Below, piece by piece: positions 43,930-56,825 of a stretch of DNA of 64,000 nucleotides. The DNA comes from Octopus vulgaris (Eukaryota). Numbering within the stretch: the stretch's first letter is position 1; each line of letters begins with the position of its first letter. A program made the position numbers and the translations under genes. The notes beneath the pieces were generated by a model. The model saw nothing but the letters and a program-made list of their open reading frames with translations, was not told the origin of the DNA and did no database searches. Location of the stretch: positions 5,518,001 through 5,582,000 of the forward strand of contig OX597824.1 of assembly GCA_951406725.2 (NCBI GenBank), written 5' to 3'.

Positions 43930-44314
43930 CAGTGATATCTCGAAATACGAGTTTAATTCGTTCCATGACCGAGCTAGTCTCTATGATTTACTCGTTTTAC
44001 AAATCAATTTTCCCCGTTGAAATTAACTAAAATATAATAATTCTGTTCCAGGCCCACCAAAACACTCATAAAACAATTTTTTATGGGTTTTAAAACAGAA
44101 ACGATTTAGTTACAAGTAAAATGACAATTATACAAAAGAGAATGCAAAAGAAATATGTAAACTGGTTTTATTAACTGAAATTCCCTTAAAGATGGGACGA
44201 TTTGTGTGCTCGTGTCGCGGATTTCGCTCGTACTTGAAGATAAAAATCCGTACGTCTCAGCTCGTACAGCAAATTACTGGTACTGCGAGTAATTCGTACT
44301 GCAGGATTCTACTG
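43930..44314. mobile_element. pogo/Tigger-like MITE
   Basis: TA|CAGTGATATCTCGAAATACGAGTT and AATTCGTACTGCAGGATTCTACTG|TA termini. Confidence 0.7.
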
Positions 44315-44479
44315 TATATCAAAGTCTTTGTGAAAAATTATTTAATACAGTTTTTAAGTATAAAGGAGATTTAAAATAAATTATTTTTTAAAGTTATAAA
44401 ATTTTTATTAGGACGTTACTAACATGTTTTGGAAGAAATATTTTTCTTAGTGTGTGAGCGCTTTCGATAAAACTTTTCA

Positions 44480-44515
<36 letters not shown>

Positions 44516-44811
44516 ATACTATTATTTAAAGCAGTTTGATTCGGTTCCATACGACTTAAAAGTCAGCGGGATTCTTACACAAACCTAGCTCGTTCAGGCT
44601 CAGATTATCGCATTCGGTAACTTGAACCTGAACGAATCGGGTTTCTGTGAGAAGCTCGAGAAACTTGAAGTGGCATGGGCCCGAATAAATTTGCTTTGAA
44701 TAAAAGTATGTTTAACTCTCATCGAATCTATCGAGTACTTTATCCTTTCGTTTGTGCACTCACTCGCATGCACATACATACATAAATACTTACAAATAAA
44801 CAAAAATACAC

Positions 44812-44910
44812 TGTTGTTGATGTTCAAATTCCACTGAAGGAACCTTGGATCAAGGTTAGAAACCGGTTCTTAGTCTATTGGCAAGAAATCTTGAAATGAA
44901 CTGAATGATA
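44812..44910 (+). mobile_element. Short repeat next to (TA)n with degenerate HHR-like motif; second copy 28378-28480 (-)
   Basis: CTGAAGG-AACCTTG gat CAAGGTT-A-GAAACCGGTT. Confidence 0.55.
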
Positions 44911-45005
44911 TATATATATATATATATATATATAAGTGTGTGTGTGTGTGCCGTTGTCGATTTTTTTCCTCCGCCTTCCCCTCTTTGGATCTTTCCTTTT
45001 CCTAT

Positions 45006-45040
45006 GTTTCCGACGAAGAGCTCCGCTCGAAACGTTAAAC
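45006..45040 (+). ncRNA. Minimal HHR motif inside PLE-like mini element 44950-45142
   Basis: GTTT-CCGACGA-A-GAGC tcc GCTC-GAAA-CGTT-AAAC: perfect stems I and II, one core substitution. Confidence 0.6.
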
Positions 45041-45137
45041 CCTCCTTCTTCCCTTCTTTCCTGAGCGTCCAATAATACTATACTTGTTGCACGTCCTCGC
45101 GTTGTTGTGTTTTCTCTTTGTGTTTTCATGTTTGGAT

Positions 45138-45182
<45 letters not shown>

Positions 45183-46699
45183 TGAATATTAAGAAAAACA
45201 CACAAAGTGTCGTAGTAAATAAATAGAGATGGTTCCTTGAACGGCTAGAAATACAAATCCCCCTACTGACATCAAAGGCATGCAAGAACTTTAGGCGTCT
45301 CTGACATCATTTCAATGACCATAGAAAATACTAGAAACACCACGAAAACCCGGCTGATCGGCTGTAAAAATCGAAATTTGAAATCGTTCAGATTCCATTA
45401 GAATCTGAACAATTTGAAATGATAACTAAACTCTGCAAGAAATGATAACTAAAACCCTGTAATCGACTTAAATAATGAAGGATGCTCGCGTCAACTACGA
45501 GAATGTTAGAATGGCTATTAGATGAGCTAGAAGTTGGAACTAAATAGCCATAATTTGCTCGAGAACTTAGGAATGATCGGAATTTAGATGACCTTAGACA
45601 GAAATAAAATAGTTTTAACCTCATCAATAACTTCTACAAAATAGTAATTGGCATGCAATAATGAAGACGCCAAAATACAAATATGCATTTCTTCATAATC
45701 GGTCAAGTATATCTGCAAGAATCTATTTTCTGCCAAAGTTAATAGTTTGTGCCAATAAATTTTAATTAAACAACTAAGCTTTATGAAATAACACGAAACC
45801 TCAAACTTGACTATTTTCACTCATAAACGTGTGACCCAGACTATTGTGATTTGTCCAGCGTTATATGATATTAAATTCCATCGCAGTATATTAGTTTTTC
45901 GATATAGAACTCATTTTGACAAAAGATCTTTGAAAATTAATTATTTATGACCTAATCAATAGCGAAAATATAGATTTGAACCATATGTTAATTAATTTAA
46001 TTATAGAATGTTAAACTCAAAGATTGAGAAGTTTATATCACGAAAATACTTTTAACGAGGGCACCCGGCCACATACAAACACACCCATACATAAACTTTG
46101 TTATGGTTTTTAGTCGCTGGACAGCAAACGGATTTGAGCATTGCTTTAAACTACTTCAGTCTTTTGAAGAACCTCGTGTTTGTTTGACGGACAACTGCTT
46201 GTTAGATTTCTATTTTACTGGTCATAGAGTGACTGCAACAACAAAAATATGTATTTTAGATACGAACACGAAGTCGCACTCAAAACACACACACACCAAA
46301 ATACACACACACACACACACAAAAACACACACACATCCAAACGCACACACACTCACGCACACACATTTTGAAGTATATTAATTACCACGTTTTAAATTTA
46401 TATTTTGGTTATTGATAAGAGCGCTGGTGTTTTGGATAGATCGCAAAAGTGCGTCATACGCTTCTCAAATCGTCTGTGACCCGTGGGTCAGAACTTGTTT
46501 TGTTCATTGCACTCTTCCTTCTTGCATCAGCATCGTCGTCTTAGTTGTTGTCGTCTTCAGCAACGTCCAGTGTAATGCAGGTAACAGAAGCCTTCATTCT
46601 TTCCTCATCTTCTAAAACGAAGCTCCATCCCCAAGCAAACTCGACACATAACGTCAAATCACTAATTACTGTTTCATAAACTTACACCACTTGACTTAT

Positions 46700-47300
46700 G
46701 CTAATCTTATCTCCTTCGCCAGCATCAAACAATTGCACTTCAAATCCCAACCTTACAAAAGAGTATATAACCAGCGATTGCTTCAAAATCTTCACTATCA
46801 TTGGGATCTCATTTACTGAACAGGCAAACCTAATATGGAAAAGACTGCATCTCAAAGCCTGGCCTCTTTATTACAGACTGAGAAACTGCGTTCGTCCTGA
46901 ACATCTATTAGCATTTTAAAAGGGATCAACTGGGACTGTGATGAAACACCGCTCCCAATTATGGGGTGGTGCAGCAGATATAGGCATATATACCCTCAAC
47001 TACATGAAGTCAAAGGGAACTCTGGAATTAATTTAATCCAGCACATTTGAGACCCATACTTGTAGATGTATTGCCCCTTACATGAATGACCTCGGTTTGT
47101 TGAAGTTCATTGGATTTCTGCTTTCTCTACTCAGACAACCTTGCCTCAATTCTCTCATCAAATGCATTCTGTTCAGTCATCTACGATCCGTACAGACCAT
47201 CAAACACAATTATCCTTCCGCCACAAAATTTCGCTCTCCTCTGATTAAGTGGAATATGAAATGTATACTTACAAGCATTCATTTCCCAATGGATTCTTCA
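46700..47300 (+). pseudogene. Degraded CR1/L2/Jockey-group LINE ORF2 fragment
   Basis: IGISFT..RLRNCVRPEHLLAF*KG..VMKHRSQLWGGA resembles LG..F..R..LL.LYK..VRP.MEY.S.LW.GA. Confidence 0.5.
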
Positions 47301-47415
47301 GCCCAATACATACTTGCTATTATTCATAGTTTTATGTGTGCGCTTCGAGATATAACCAAAAACACTTAGCTCACGTTCCGTCGAAATGTTTATAGAATTA
47401 TTATGACGTCGATAG

Positions 47416-47547
<132 letters not shown>

Positions 47548-47554
47548 GTATATA

Positions 47555-47710
47555 TGTAAATTAATATGTTACCATTATTCAATAGCCAAGATAAAATTCT
47601 GGGTTTCGGATGCAGATAACCGAAGAGATGGTGTTGTGGATTTCCACCTCGGCATCCGAAACTCAGAGTTTTATCTTGGCTATTGAATAATGGTAACATA
47701 TTAATTTACA
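47555..47710. repeat. Inverted repeat, 59-bp arms, followed by a unique tail to ~47780
   Basis: 47555-47613 versus 47652-47710 with two differences. Confidence 0.92.
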
Positions 47711-47839
47711 GATAAATTTCCTCTGTTTGCATAATATTGAGGTCTCTCTTTCTTTTGTTATCTTACCGTTTTTACCAATATAATATTTATATATATGCAT
47801 ATATTCCAAAGTGTAACTACATGTGAACTGTTGGCGCAT

Positions 47840-47947
47840 TTATGCTCCTTCTTCTTCCTTTCCTTTTGAACTTTCCTCTCTCTCCTGTTTCAGAAGAAGA
47901 ACATTACTCGAAACGTAAAACACACTTTCTTTCTTTCTTTCTTTCCT

Positions 47948-48004
<57 letters not shown>

Positions 48005-48085
48005 GAGCGTCATATTAAAGTTTTGCATGCAGCACGTCCTCGCGTTGTTGTTTTTTCTCTTGTCGTTTTAACCCATTAAAACAAT
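47840..48085 (+). mobile_element. Diverged copy of the 44950-45142 mini element with eroded HHR (47886-47922)
   Basis: Shared GAGCGTC and GCACGTCCTCGCGTTGTTG; TGTTT-CAGAAGA..CTC-GAAA-CGTA-AAACA. Confidence 0.65.
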
Positions 48086-50714
48086 ATATATATATGTTTT
48101 ATTAGGTAATGTGTGGTCAGCTTTATCATCAAATATCAATACAAGATATATTTATTTACACACATACATACACGCAAACACACGCGTGCATGCACCTGTA
48201 TATATTAGTATAATTTTGTTGGGGAGAAAATTTTGGTTTTCATATTTAATTAGCTGTAGCCTTGCTAGTTTGCCAAATATTAGAATCACATTTTTGTTCT
48301 TAGATTTAAATCACTTAATTTATAACAAAATTTTAAACATTAGTCTTTCGTGTTAGAAGCACTAATGAAGCGTAATGAAGCGTTCATTGAAAATATACAA
48401 ACCGAAAGTCTATAGATAATGATGTCTGTCAATAGTTGTTGCTGCTATCACGGTGACCATTCGATAAATTCAAAACTTATATACACAGCGTGAGTGTATG
48501 TGTATCCGTTTTGGGTATGTACGTTAGGATATATACAGATATTTCTCCAGAAAAACCTTCGACTTCGATTTTATTCTACGCACATCGATTCTGTAATTTG
48601 ATTTTGGATATTTATGCCAATTTTTAAGAACATTTGTTGAGAAATCACTGGAGTGGCACGGTGGTTCAGTTATTCATTTCGCAGTCTCGAGATTTTGGTT
48701 TGAGTTCCGCTCCGTTGCACCATGGTCAAATATCCTCTACAGTATCCACAGGCAAATCGATTCCTTGAAAGTGAATCGGCTAGACGGAAACTGTACAGAA
48801 GACAGTCGGATACACACACATATATATATATGCACACACTAACATACATATGTTTACGTGTATGTGTGTGGGGGTGGGGGTGGATGGGGGTATATGCGCA
48901 CGTGGGTGTGCGTTATGAGTGTGTGTATATCTCCCTATGTGCAAGCATCTTTATGGTCTATTTGTCTCCAGAACCGCTTGAGAAGAAAAAATAAAATTGC
49001 CCAAGTATTTAAATTACTGAAACTGTATGTCACTCTTGAAGGTCCAAAAATACACCAAGCACGACGCTGTAAAGTACATTCATCACTAAATCCAGAGAGT
49101 GGTCATGCAAGCTACTTACCACACAGCCACTCCTGTCGATTATTTGTATACAACCACAGCGATGAAAGTCTACAAGATTATGAGTATCATTCTGCGTACA
49201 TTCGTATGTCGGAGCTAAGGAACGAACCTTCGGATACTCTATCCCAATCATGTATTAGACGTGAGAACTTGAAAATTCTATCATTTTAAGCTATGTATGC
49301 CAGGAGCAGAATAAATACATTTGCTTCAATTCCTGTTTAATTCCATCAAGAATGTTTATATTCCGGAGCAGCAGTAATCAATTTAAGTAGAAAGTTCCAT
49401 AACTGTCTTAATTTATGCTTAAAGTTTTCGTAGTTCGTCGACGTGAAATTGATAAAGTCGAATTCATTAACATTCAGCGTAATAGGTCCAATACTCCGTA
49501 TTTAGATTATACAAACATTACATTTCGGCGCAATAAGAATCGGTTGTCTATTGCAACATATTAGTGTCTTGTTAACTTGTAGCATTCGCTTCCGAAACAA
49601 ATGGATCTGAAGAGGTATGTAATAAAATCAGTGGGAACACCACTGGAAACAATCCAATGCAGAAAGCTGTTAGATGGAGATGTGATGTCGTATTCTTAGA
49701 TCCCAAAAATATTTGGCGCCTCGTCACATACAGCATGTAATGCACATATAAATCTGGCGGTTTGTGTTCGTCTCCGAGTCTGGCTGGAGTATCTTTCTTC
49801 CAAAAACAGTAGAAAATAACTAATATTTTATTTATCAATGCCGGAAGAATGGAAAGGACTGTTAGCTTTGAACTCGGGTGGATTTGAACTCAGAGTGCAA
49901 AGTGCCAGATCGAATACCACAAGATATTTCTATTCAAAGTCGTAATGGCTCGGTCAATTCGATACCTTGTGCGTATGTGTGTGTGTATGTGGGGGGGGTC
50001 ACATACTCTTCAGAATTACAAGAATGCGACACAGACTCATCTTCTAGTCCATTGATTTCTGTTTGGCTTTCCCTCAAGAATCTTCTTACTTGCTTAATTT
50101 ATTAGACACAACATAAAATTTATGTTTATTCTTAATCTTGTTTCATTTATATGTGTGTGTGTGTGAGTGTTTGTGATTCCATCCACCCATCCGTCCATCC
50201 ATAACACGTATATATGTACACACATAGATATACAAATGATTATCCGGTTCAACGTATCGTTCTGTTAAGGAATATGTCATCTTGGTCTATAAGAACTACG
50301 TAGAATTTTATTGCTTTTCTTATTCATTAATTGAACACACACACGCCATTTTTTCTCTAGTTGCATGCTTAAAGTATTTCTCCTTGATTTCTGCGTAATC
50401 AATCCTGAATCCGGGTTGATTTATATCTCTGTCAGATTCTGTTTGCTTATGAATTTATTCCTATTTTAACGTTCATTGTGACATTTTTGACAACTTATTA
50501 ACTGGCATAATACAACGAAGAACATCTCCAGAACAATTGTGGTCGCTTATTTCGTTCTCATAGCAAAAATCCCTTTGCTAAGTTAGTAAGCAAAGTTGAT
50601 AATAAATATAAACATCAAGTGTTGACCTTTCAGCAATTAAGCATTTCTCCATCTTATTCAATAGTTTTGCGGCGACATTGTGATTTTCATATTTACTATA
50701 ACATAAATACCATA

Positions 50715-51104
50715 GGGGGAAGCACTCCGTCGGTTACGACGACGAGGGTTCCGGTTGATCCGAACCAACGGAACAGCCTGCTCGTGAAATTAACGTGTAA
50801 GTGGCTGAGCACTCCACAGACACGTGCACCCTTAACGTAGTTCTCGGGGATATTCAGCGTGACACAGAGAGTGACAAGGCCGGCCCCTTGGAATACAGGC
50901 ACAACAGAAACAGGAAGTAAGAGTGAGAGAAAGTTGTGGTGAAAGAGTACAGCAGGGATCACCACCATCCCCTGCCGGAGCCTCGTGGAGCTTTTAGGTG
51001 TTTTCGCTCAATAAACACTCACAACGCCCGGTCTGGGAATCGAAACCGCGATCCTATGACCGCGAGTCCGCTGCCCTAACCACTGGGCCATTGCGCCTCC
51101 ACTT
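50715..51104 (-). mobile_element. SINE family C, full length with 14-bp TSD
   Basis: A box TGGCCCAGTGG, B box GTTTCGATTCCC; ACATAAATACCATA at 50701-50714 and 51105-51118. Confidence 0.92.
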
Positions 51105-51310
51105 ACATAAATACCATAACATAATAATAACACACAAATAAAATAAATAATCAACTGCGAAGTTGTAATGTTTGTACGGAGGCTGCAATCGTCTCCGTCT
51201 TCTCAGTTACATTTTGCACATTATCTACAATTCTCACTACTTAAATGGAATTACTATGCAATCTTCCAGCAGATCTCTCTTATTAAATAGCTGCGTCTAA
51301 CATTCCCGTA

Positions 51311-52292
51311 CAAGCTGTACCGGCTAAATTTCAAGATTATTTATGTCTCCATATTTAGAGGAACAGCTTGACATAGTGGTTAACCGCCAACGAATAGACA
51401 TTAAATCTGTAGCTGACTGCTGTTCGATGCACTGTGAACCCAGTAAAGGATGTAAGACGTGATAAGGACGGTTTCACCAAAGACTATGAAATCGTGTGGG
51501 CTGGAAGGGGCACACTGGGCCTTCAGACTGCGTCCACGCGCCACAATTGATCCCCACATCTTTGCACAGAGACTTAGGTTCAGTTCAGGCGGCTATGTGA
51601 AGCTGCTGGAGACTGTAGACAAAACCTGGCTGAAGAGGGTTGCTGCTGTAAGACCAAATGTGTTGTATCAGGATTTCGATCCTCACCATACACCTAAAGA
51701 GTCGGTTGTAGTTGTCGAAAAATTTCTGCGACTTCGCCAGCCAAATGTCTGACCTCTTCGTTACTTCGATTGAGAAAGACACCAATCGCACTGCCTGCAA
51801 CACCAAGGTCAAGCCGGTGGCTAAAATCAAGGACGTTTTCGAAGATCTTCCTAGGGATACTGTGAGGAACGCTTGAGCCTCGTTCCGGAATAGTCCTGAA
51901 GCAGTGGTGGAAGGCGAGGACAGTTACTTCGAGTAAACTGTTATCTCCCAGCCATAATGTATTTGATGAGATATTTTAAAATATTTTTATTTCTGGATGA
52001 AATACTGTTTTTTTTTCCATATAAGTAAATTGATAAATTTATATTTCTTTACTGCCCACGAGGGGCTAAACACAGAGGGGACAAACAAGAACAGACAAAG
52101 GGGTTAAGTCGATTATATCGACTCCAGTGCGAAACTGGTACTTTATTTATCGACGCCGAAAGTATGAAAGGCAAAGTCGACCTCGGCGGAATTTAAACTC
52201 AGAACGTAACGACAGACGAAATACCGCTAAGCATTTCGTGTCTGCCAGCTCGCCGCCTTAGAAATTGATAAGTTTAGTCAGAAGAACCCATG
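51311..52292 (+). mobile_element. Degraded maT/DD37D-like element (same family as 33894-34712)
   Basis: PHIF..GYVKLLETV.K.WLKRVAA.RP..QD..PHHT and FRN..EAVVEGEDSYFE; degenerate TIRs. Confidence 0.72.
52041..52259 (-). mobile_element. SINE family B inserted at the transposon end
   Basis: Family B sequence flanked by AAATTGATAA.TTTA direct repeats (~52027 and 52262). Confidence 0.85.
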
Positions 52293-53343
52293 TCTTCCGG
52301 TTTTCTCTGATATTTTGTTAGGATCTCCGTATGATTGTCAAAAAGCAGATGTTACGTCATTAAATGTTTTCTATTTCTCACTGTTAGCGTATTTAGAAGA
52401 GAACAGACTAATCATATTTATTTAGTCTGGTTGTATTTCTCATTGTTAACAAAAACTGCCAGATTCTTACAAAGACTTGATAAATAATTCAATCTAAACT
52501 TTGCAATTGCCCTGTCAAGAGGAGAAGCAGTCAAGTTTCTTTTGTTCTCATATATATATCACTTTATTGCTTGAAAATGTCCTCTCATGCTTTTCATTGT
52601 TTTTCTTCTTTGCTTTCCGTCCATTTTAATCAAAGCGATTTAGTTTCCTTTTCCTGTTAGAACCAGTTTTACTTAATGAGTAAACGTTCTTGGTTGAAGT
52701 TCAGGAGAGCTATGGTTGTCTCTTTCTATTTCTCTTTAGATTCAAAATTAATTAATTAATTTAATTCAAAATTCTTAAGGAGACAGTTTTATGCGTCCTA
52801 TTGTACGTTGCTTAGATAATCCGTCTTGATGTTTTTCTTCTATTTCTAACACTTTATAACAATAAAAGTCTTAATTCTCTTAATTTTAAGAGGTAATTAC
52901 TAATATCCTGCCACATCAGCAACTGCAATTATAGCAGAATTAGAATGGATATCGGCTGCGTTCGTAGCCGATTACTTATTTACTCCTTTTATACGTTTAA
53001 TAGAATCGCATTAGCCGACCAGAGAGAGAAAATTTATAAGATTGAATCTCTATGCTAAGGATAAATGGACGAATATCTTTTCTATCATGCTGTTTCGATA
53101 CATTTTATGATATTCACGCTGCAACAAAAGATATTTCTGGATGTACAAGTCAACATCAAATATACTGATGGCGTCATAACATGAGACGTCTTGATACCGC
53201 TCGGTTTAGAAATATTCTACAGATTGTACAAAACGGTTTCTAGTCTCACACACACACACACAAAAAAAAATAATAAAGGGTGAAACAAGAGTTTCGTTCA
53301 ATCATTTAAGAAACAATGGAAAAGTTTCACACAGACATGAAGA

Positions 53344-53409
<66 letters not shown>

Positions 53410-53428
53410 GCTGCTACTGCTACTACTG

Positions 53429-53471
<43 letters not shown>

Positions 53472-53669
53472 CACCACCACCACCTGCAAGATCATGTACT
53501 GGTTATCTTGATATGAGATTACCATGTCGCGCACATATGGTTGTGATGCATGTGCCTGGTGTACCCTTATCAGACGGTTAGTTATGATGGGTAGACTGGA
53601 CATCGTATATTTGTACCTCAATGACACTTTGATGGCATGCACTGCTCTCTCATAATAATAATAATAATG

Positions 53670-53717
<48 letters not shown>

Positions 53718-53718
53718 T

Positions 53719-54216
53719 ATAAAAGCCAATAAACCGGATATCATTATAAAAGATCAGACAAAAAGGATGTGTTTATTAATTGACATGAGTATTCCCTGTG
53801 ATCACAATATAGCGGCGAAAGAATTTGACAAGATTAGTAAATATAAAGACCTGCTAATGGAAATTGAAAAGATGTGGCATCTCAAAGCGACCACAGTACC
53901 AGTGATTGTAGGATCTCTAAGAATGATAAAAAAAAGGCACTGAAGCCTATTTGAAAATGATTCCAGGCTTACCATCCCTACAGGAAGTGCAAAAAATCGT
54001 ATTAACTGGAACGGCTCATGTACTGAGAAGAGCACTATCGCTGTGAAAATAACATCCATCCATGAATTTATTTATTTATTAATTTTTAAATACATATTTT
54101 ATCTGTGAATTTGCGCGTGTAATCTGGGAATGCATACAATGCCCTTCTGTGCCCCAGGTGTATGGAAAACACTCGGCGAGAAACGGAAGAAAATTTGAAG
54201 AAAGAAGGAAAAAACA
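53719..54216 (+). mobile_element. 5'-truncated R4/Dong-like non-LTR element in (TAA)n
   Basis: IKANKPDIIIKD..CLLIDMSIPCD..EFDKISKYKDL..EIEKMW..VPVIVGSL..QKIVLTGTAHVLRRAL* (stop at 54046, one frameshift); (TAA)n on both sides. Confidence 0.88.
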
Positions 54217-54239
54217 TAATAATAATAATAATAATAATG

Positions 54240-54285
<46 letters not shown>

Positions 54286-54314
54286 TACTAATAATGTTAA
54301 TGATAATAATAATG

Positions 54315-54358
<44 letters not shown>

Positions 54359-54399
54359 AATAGTAATAACAATAATAATAATAATAATAATAATAATAA

Positions 54400-54613
54400 T
54401 CCTTTCTGCTATAGGCACAATGCCTGAAATTTGGCTGAGGGGAATAGTCGATTACATCGACCCCAGTATTCAACTGGTACTTGATTTATCGATTCCCAAA
54501 TGATGAAAGGCAAAATCGACCTAGGTGGAATTCGAACACAGAACGTAGCGAAGGACGAAATACTGCTAAGCATTTTCTCCAGCACGTTAACGATTCTGCT
54601 CAGCACGCCGCCT
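54400..54613 (-). mobile_element. SINE family B, short-tail variant
   Basis: Similarity to 11552-11862. Confidence 0.8.
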
Positions 54614-54633
54614 AACATAACACCACCACCACC

Positions 54634-54678
<45 letters not shown>

Positions 54679-55861
54679 AATAGCAACAGCAGCAACACAA
54701 CAACGTGACAAGTCCAGCAATAATAATGGGATGCATAGATGTATATGCTCTTTAGCGGTCAATTTTTCAACTACTCCTTTACATATAGACATTTTCTGAA
54801 ATATTTCCTATCTTAACAAGGCATCAGATTCCATCAGCTTTTCTTTGTCTGGCCTCTGAAGTAATTGCCATGTCGGTGAAACATTTCACTAACTCTACAT
54901 TTACTGTGTTGAAATATAGCGAACGGTGTCAAAATGCAAGAATTATTAATTGCCAACTTCTTTACATTCACACACCAGAAAATGACAACGATATTATTAA
55001 CGCCATTTGTTACAAATCATGCCGACATTAAAAAAAGCCAACAACATCATTGAATGTCGCAATAAATTATACCTTTGGGTTGAATGAACACACAGTGATG
55101 GATTTACATAAGAATGCTGAGATTTAATAGACACATTGCAATGTGGAGATATTTATTTTCGGTATTTGATTAAGAGTAACGCATCTAAGAGCATACAATC
55201 AACACTTATTTAATAATAAACTATGGTTGTCTTTAAATAAGATAATTACGTGGATGATAGAAGTAAATATACAGAAATATATTAACATACGTAGAAATAA
55301 ATATTTCGACAGAGACTGAGTCTGGCTTACTTTGTCAGTGGCAATCATATTATTTAATATTGTGACATGGCATATAATCATAACGGGACAAGATGTGATG
55401 GAATGAAATGCGCATGTAATTTTCTATATACTTTTCATTTGATAAAGAAGTGAATTGCTATGCTTTCAGAAGGTCACACTGCAAACAAATAAACCAATTT
55501 TGTTTCTCTTCTATTTTAGCTACGTTAAAGGAAAAGTTTCATTGGAAAATTGTCGTATTTACAATTTCTTCGACTGGTGAGGGAAAAGTTTGGTACACCA
55601 TGTGTCTGGTAGACCACGTATGTTCGCAGGCACTTACTCATATCGCAGATAGGATGGTTCACTTGTTTGCGGGGCTGTTGCTCCGGGATGATCTCTTCGT
55701 TGATAGATGTTGATCCCGAGAGAGCGGGACGATCTCGGGTGCTTGGTGTGACAACCTCAAGCCAAGGCATACTGTATGGGCATTTGACAATGTGATGGTC
55801 TTCCTTAGTCACTAGCCATTATATATATATGCATGCATACATACATACATACATACATACA

Positions 55862-55892
<31 letters not shown>

Positions 55893-55894
55893 GA

Positions 55895-56562
55895 TGGCTG
55901 CCCCCTCGTTATCGAGTGTGGCCATTGCACGAAGCTTAACTGTTATTGGTGCTGTGATCGATTGTGACTTTTATTTGCTTTTTAAGGCTACAGCCAGCCA
56001 TTCAGTTGAGACTCACAGCACCATCAACAATCATGAACAATGTTGTTATCGTGCAATGCCTGTGCAAGAAGATTAATTTTAAAGTGAGGAAAGGCTGTGC
56101 ACTGAGTCAATCTCACTCACTAAGCAACAGCAGCCATAATCCGAAAAGAAGAACAAGTAAACATCATATATAATCACTGAGCCGCAGGTTATATGTCGGA
56201 GTTATCCCAGTTTCCTGAGTTACCTTCTCCTAGAAGGATGCCCTAACAAAGGCTAGGAGTCCTTCACTCCCAATAGTTTAACCGTGCGATCGGGTATTCA
56301 GTCCAATTATTTCTGTGTTCTCGTGCATGATACAGTCTTAAGCCGTAAGAGAAAAAAAATACACATTTATCGGATGGCCGTTGACTCTCAAGAGGTCCTC
56401 CGCCCTTTGACGGGTTTTGTTTTTCATCCCGCAGGGTGTCCAATAATCACCCTCCTCACCAAGCAAGCTTGGTGGGGTTGCCGGTTTAGTCGCCAACGGC
56501 CCGACCATGCAACAGGTTGTACAGGGTTACATGTTACCAGTAGCACTCGAAAGTGACCTGAC
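55895..56562 (-). mobile_element. Probable non-autonomous RTE-derived element
   Basis: Minus-strand GTTAGGGCATCCTTCTAGGAGAAGGTAACTC resembles the RTE 5' UTR motif; GC-rich structured 5' end; flanked by (CATA)n. Confidence 0.5.
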
Positions 56563-56743
56563 ATACATACATATTTATATATGCATACATACATACACGC
56601 ATTTTTTTCGTTACCCTTTAGGTCATTCTCTCACGTCCAGTAGTAGAAAGCAATAGAACAGTGTGCTGTGTGAAGTATAGAACCCGAAATCACGTAGTTT
56701 AAAAGTGGCATATTTTTTTATCACGCAGCAGTATCTACGACTA

Positions 56744-56825
<82 letters not shown>

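Noticed and set aside
51030-51101. tRNA gene (also 19188-19260, 25860-25932, 59825-59900)
   Set aside because: No proper acceptor stem or terminator; each continues into a SINE body, some with TSDs.
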